Shown here piece after piece: positions 58,585-62,430 of a stretch of 62,430 bases of DNA; position 1 is the stretch's first letter, and each line of letters begins with the position of its first letter. The DNA is from a bacterium (GTDB taxonomy: Bacteria > Patescibacteriota > Minisyncoccia > JAHIHE01 > DAOWLE01), in contig DAOWLE010000005.1 of assembly GCA_030643545.1 (NCBI GenBank), positions 1 to 62,430 on the forward strand, given 5' to 3'. Below the pieces are notes generated by a model that worked only from the letters and a program-made list of their open reading frames with translations, made no database searches and was not told where the DNA came from. The translations under genes and the position numbers were made by a program.

Positions 58585-61254
58585 TTAAGCTTTTTTCTCT
58601 TCTTCTATTTCTATTTCCTCTTCTTCTTCTATAGTTCTACGCCCTTTTTTTTCAACATCAGACAATCCTTTATTTACTATTTTAGTTTTTGCTGTTTCTT
58701 TAAAGATTTCGTCAATTCCTTCTTTAAATTCAAATCCAAACATTCCTATTTCTGATTTCAAATCATCAACTTTTGCTTCTTCCCGTTCAAATGCTTCATA
58801 TAATTTTTCTAAATCTTTAGGCTTGCCTCTTAACCCCCACCTTACATGTTCAAGAGTCAAATCTCTAAGGTTCATTATTCCATCATCGCTTAAACGATAT
58901 TGATTTTCCATTTTAGGATTTCCATCTTCATCTCTAACAATATTTCCTCTCTCGTCCTTAACCTCAACTTTTATTACTTTTGTAAATGTTTTCGCGTCTA
59001 CAGTTTTCATTTCCATAGGTGTGTTTCCTTTAAATTTTTTATTTGATTCTTTCATTGCTGCATCTCTATCAACATAATGAAATTTTTCTGTTTTTGCGTC
59101 TTGATCAGATTGTCCATAATAAGAAGAATTGCCTTTTCTTTTTTCTAATTCCGCGACATTGCTGCTTATACGTCCGGCTTTATTTTCGCCCATCCATTTG
59201 CCCAAACTTCTTATAAACGCGTCGTAACCGTCACGCGAATTCTCAAAACCGCGAAGTTCCATTATGTCGCTTGTGTCTCCGCCAGCGGCAAGCAATTCCA
59301 TATTAGCTTCAACTTTTTCATCATCCTGTTCTTCTATAGCTGTATTAACGAAATTGGTTAGAATCTTTGGATTTTTAGTTTTTGTTTTATTTTGTATATC
59401 GGCAACTCGGGATTGTCTGGCTAATTCTTCATGAGTCGGTTTTTTATAACCCATAACATAAGTTCTTTCTATTAAATCCTGCATTCGCCCGGAAGAAATG
59501 CCATAGGCCTCTGCTTCTTCATCAGCCACATGAGCGCTATAACCTCTTTTTATGGCTTCAGGACTAAGCAAACCAAGCGCTTGTTCTTTAATTCTTCCAA
59601 CGCTATATTCTTTTCCGCTTTTAGTTGTCATTTTTTTCTTCGCCGCGCCTTGAACCCATTTATCAAGTCCTTTTCCTCCAGGCACACGCCTTACAACAGA
59701 CCTAACTGTATCTTGCCATGGTAATTTTCCTTTTGCCAAACTGCGGCTCATATATCCGCCGACTGCTCCGCCCAGAAACGCGCCTCCAGCCGCTAATTTT
59801 CCAACTGTCATTCCTTCAACTTTATCCGCTCCCCAAATTCCCAATTGTCTGGCAATCCAAATGCTTGCGTAAAGGAAAACCATAATAACAACATAATACA
59901 AAAGATTGCCAAGAAGCGCAACGAATATTCCCGCTGATGCGCCTCCGCTTTGAGCTATTTTAGTTAATTCTGCTGGCAATTCTATCGGTACATTAATAGC
60001 TAATTCTCCGGCTAAATAAACAAAGAAAATCATAATTGGCCCAACGATAAGATATTTTGATAATTCGCTCCAATATCTGCTGGCATAACTTTTTGTTTGA
60101 GGCAAGATATTAAAAAAGAATCCGATCGGAGAAAGAATAAGTAAAATTGTTAAAGCAACCAAACGGATAATCATAAAAAGCGCCATTGCGGTATAAACTG
60201 CGGCTAAAACAATTAAAAAAACAAGAGCAAACATAATGGCAATTACCCAGCTTAAAGCATTCATCAAATCTTCAATGAATATTGATTTAAGAATTCCCCA
60301 ATCACCGAACGCATCAGTAAAAATCTTAACCATATTTTTTAAACTTTGATGAACCGACGAATTAATAAAATCTCCTCCCATTAAAGCAACAAATTGATAC
60401 ATTAAAATCTGGCTGGCGTCAATGGCTAATTCAACAATTGGCCTGCTGAAATTAACTAAGAACGCGGCAATCAATAATGGAAGCAATAAACTTTGGGCTT
60501 TGTATGTTTGAATTCTCAAAATAGTCGCCAAAGAGATTACCAAAAGAATTAAAATAAAAAACATATTGCAGATATCTCTGATAATTGTCCAGCCACGAGC
60601 AACCATATTTGAATCAAACATATTTTGATAAAGAGTCGGAGTTAAAGTAGCATCAAAAAAACTAGCTGATAAACCAATAATAATTCCGACTAAATGAAGC
60701 AATACCCAGCAAATTATGTAAATAATGGCTAAAACAAAATTGGCTAATTTTTCAAAAAACATTGCAATTGTTTTGCCAATAAAATCAAATCCGCTTAAAG
60801 TCCCTTCTTTAGCTATTCCTCCAAGAAATTCAGTTGCGTTTGCCGGTCTAATACAATATGGATTTTCTTGCGGTCCATCATTTCTGCAAACCATTGAAGA
60901 TCTACAAGTATCTTGCGGGGTGGGAGTAGTAAGCGCTGAAAAATTAACAGTAATCACGCCAATAGCTTTTAGATACCATGGATTATCATCAGACAAAGGA
61001 GAGCAAAAATTAGTAATCGCGCTTTGACAAAATTCTTCATTTCCAAAACATTGGCCTATTGGAGCATTAAGCGGAGGTTCTACTGCCCTCACTGCACCAT
61101 CCCCTCCAAAAATCCCTCCAAAAATCATTACCATTAAAAAAACTCCCAAAAGAACTTTGCGGCTTGGGAATTTAAAAATTCCAAAACCGCTGAATTTTTT
61201 TGAGAGTATTTTTGCGTAGTATTTTTTTATTTTTTGTTTTAGTTTTATAAACAT
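58585..61254 (-). CDS. Large VirB6/TrbL-like polytopic membrane protein
   Basis: GWTIIRDICNMFFI, LVNFS, IRLVAL..LSPI..LP..W; Cys-rich N-terminus and charged C-terminal tail. Confidence 0.7.
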   Translation of the reverse strand: MFIKLKQKIKKYYAKILSKKFSGFGIFKFPSRKVLLGVFLMVMIFGGIFGGDGAVRAVEPPLNAPIGQCFGNEEFCQSAITNFCSPLSDDNPWYLKAIGVITVNFSALTTPTPQDTCRSSMVCRNDGPQENPYCIRPANATEFLGGIAKEGTLSGFDFIGKTIAMFFEKLANFVLAIIYIICWVLLHLVGIIIGLSASFFDATLTPTLYQNMFDSNMVARGWTIIRDICNMFFILILLVISLATILRIQTYKAQSLLLPLLIAAFLVNFSRPIVELAIDASQILMYQFVALMGGDFINSSVHQSLKNMVKIFTDAFGDWGILKSIFIEDLMNALSWVIAIMFALVFLIVLAAVYTAMALFMIIRLVALTILLILSPIGFFFNILPQTKSYASRYWSELSKYLIVGPIMIFFVYLAGELAINVPIELPAELTKIAQSGGASAGIFVALLGNLLYYVVIMVFLYASIWIARQLGIWGADKVEGMTVGKLAAGGAFLGGAVGGYMSRSLAKGKLPWQDTVRSVVRRVPGGKGLDKWVQGAAKKKMTTKSGKEYSVGRIKEQALGLLSPEAIKRGYSAHVADEEAEAYGISSGRMQDLIERTYVMGYKKPTHEELARQSRVADIQNKTKTKNPKILTNFVNTAIEEQDDEKVEANMELLAAGGDTSDIMELRGFENSRDGYDAFIRSLGKWMGENKAGRISSNVAELEKRKGNSSYYGQSDQDAKTEKFHYVDRDAAMKESNKKFKGNTPMEMKTVDAKTFTKVIKVEVKDERGNIVRDEDGNPKMENQYRLSDDGIMNLRDLTLEHVRWGLRGKPKDLEKLYEAFEREEAKVDDLKSEIGMFGFEFKEGIDEIFKETAKTKIVNKGLSDVEKKGRRTIEEEEEIEIEEEKKA

Positions 61255-61314
61255 TGAAGCTTTGATTTACTTTTCCACAACTAATTGTATTATAGCATAA
61301 TTCCCAAAAGAAAA

Positions 61315-62430
61315 CTACAACACAATTTCCTTCGGCCAATCTGAAACAGTAATATGTTTTTCAACAAAAGGAATTTGCTCCCAAATTTCTTCAGTAATAA
61401 AAGGAATAAACGGATGAAGAAGTTTTAAATAAGTTTTTAAGCAATAATATAAAGTTTGTTGCGCGGCGATTTTTGATTTTTCATTATTATTTCCCAATCT
61501 ATCCTTTGCCGTTTCAATATATTCATCACAAAAATTATGCCAAAAAGATTCATAAAGTTTTTCCAAAGCACGATGAAATTTAAAATTTTCAATATCGCTT
61601 GTTGTTTCTTTAATCAAATTATTTAAATGCTTAAGGATTTTTAGATCGTCTTTATTTTTCGTTTGAAGGCGACACGACATCGTGTCGCCTGCGTTTTTTT
61701 TGTCATTTTTCAAATTCATTAAAACAAACTTTGAAGCGTTCCAAATTTTATTGTTAAAATTCCGAAAATTCTTGCAGCGTTCGTCCATAATATTTTTTGA
61801 AACCCAGATATCCCGGGCGGCGATTGAGTAAGAAACTAAAGTCGCGCGCAAGCTGTCAGTTCCCCATTTTTCAATCATTTCCATTGGCTCAAAGCCGTTT
61901 CCCAATGATTTGGAAAATTTTCTTCCTTTGAGATCGCGCATTGTTCCGTGAAAAAACATATTTTTAAATGGAATCTCGCCGGTGAATTTTTTAGCCGACA
62001 TAATCATCCTGGCAATCCAAAGATATTTTATTTCCGGAGCGGAAATTTCAAAATCAGCCGGAAAATATTTTTTAAATTCTTCTGTCTGTTCTGGCCAGCC
62101 CAAAGTGGAAATCGGCCAAAGCCAGGAAGAAAACCAAGTATCAAGAACCTGCTCGTCTTGTTTTAAATCTTGCGAACCGCAAACCGGACATTTTTCTGGT
62201 TTTGTTCTTGAAACAACAATTCCTTTTTTTTCTTTATTAAAATTTTCTTTATCATCGTTTTCCAAACAATTCTGACAATAATAAACAGGCATCCTATGTC
62301 CCCACCAAAGCGATCTGGAAATGCACCAGTTGTGGATATTTTCTAACCAGTCAGTCAAAATTTCTCCGTATCTTGAAGGATAAAAATTGATTTCTTGATT
62401 TTTAATCGCTTTAATCGCCTCTTCAGCCAA
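61315..62430 (-). CDS. valS: Valine--tRNA ligase, C-terminal part (5' end outside the window)
   Basis: WCISRSLWWGH, VLDTWFSS, KFSKSLGN, NKIWNA, LLHPFIPFITEEIW. Confidence 0.93.
   Translation of the reverse strand: MAEEAIKAIKNQEINFYPSRYGEILTDWLENIHNWCISRSLWWGHRMPVYYCQNCLENDDKENFNKEKKGIVVSRTKPEKCPVCGSQDLKQDEQVLDTWFSSWLWPISTLGWPEQTEEFKKYFPADFEISAPEIKYLWIARMIMSAKKFTGEIPFKNMFFHGTMRDLKGRKFSKSLGNGFEPMEMIEKWGTDSLRATLVSYSIAARDIWVSKNIMDERCKNFRNFNNKIWNASKFVLMNLKNDKKNAGDTMSCRLQTKNKDDLKILKHLNNLIKETTSDIENFKFHRALEKLYESFWHNFCDEYIETAKDRLGNNNEKSKIAAQQTLYYCLKTYLKLLHPFIPFITEEIWEQIPFVEKHITVSDWPKEIVL

Noticed and set aside
61315..61400. valS as a truncated pseudogene
   Set aside because: It ends cleanly after the anticodon-binding domain (..DWP); lack of the C-terminal coiled coil is a known natural variant
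516..62275. Numerous 60-125 aa ORFs antisense to or nested in long genes
   Set aside because: Shadow ORFs of well-supported genes, with no motifs of their own

Overview
AT-rich bacterial chromosome window read with genetic code 11. Gene content points to a Patescibacteria/CPR (Parcubacteria-like) genome; this is an inference from the short MetG and ValS, the CPR-type VirB4/PrgI/VirB6/pilin locus and comM. Most of the window is housekeeping: metG, gpmI, tmk, glyA, a thyX-like gene, yebC, galT, holA, rpsT, dnaK-grpE, rny, rpsA, rpsF-ssb-rpsR, comM, recA, partial valS, four tRNAs and surface-glycan genes. Three accessory signals stand out. (1) A ~3.1 kb unit at 35501-38625, between rpsA and rpsR, has duplicated consensus promoters, a long ORF-free structured 5' region and two cassettes of unrecognisable ORFs. 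Each cassette is framed by the same ~180 nt structured leader and ~165 nt structured trailer, and each leader can pair with its own trailer. No integrase or reverse transcriptase lies in the window. This is my best candidate for an undescribed system. (2) A defence island beside tRNA-Ala carries a Schlafen/AlbA_2 gene pair, two MvaI/BcnI-family endonucleases, a stand-alone methyltransferase and an intact LexA fused to a methyltransferase. (3) Small palindromic elements are scattered through the window, several inserted in frame in core genes, and a four-helix-bundle gene is flanked by inverted repeats that recur without the gene. There is also an ORF-free structured ~0.5 kb segment with convergent promoters upstream of rny, and several archaeal-type enzymes. 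All calls come from motif reading by eye; no database searches or folding programs were run.
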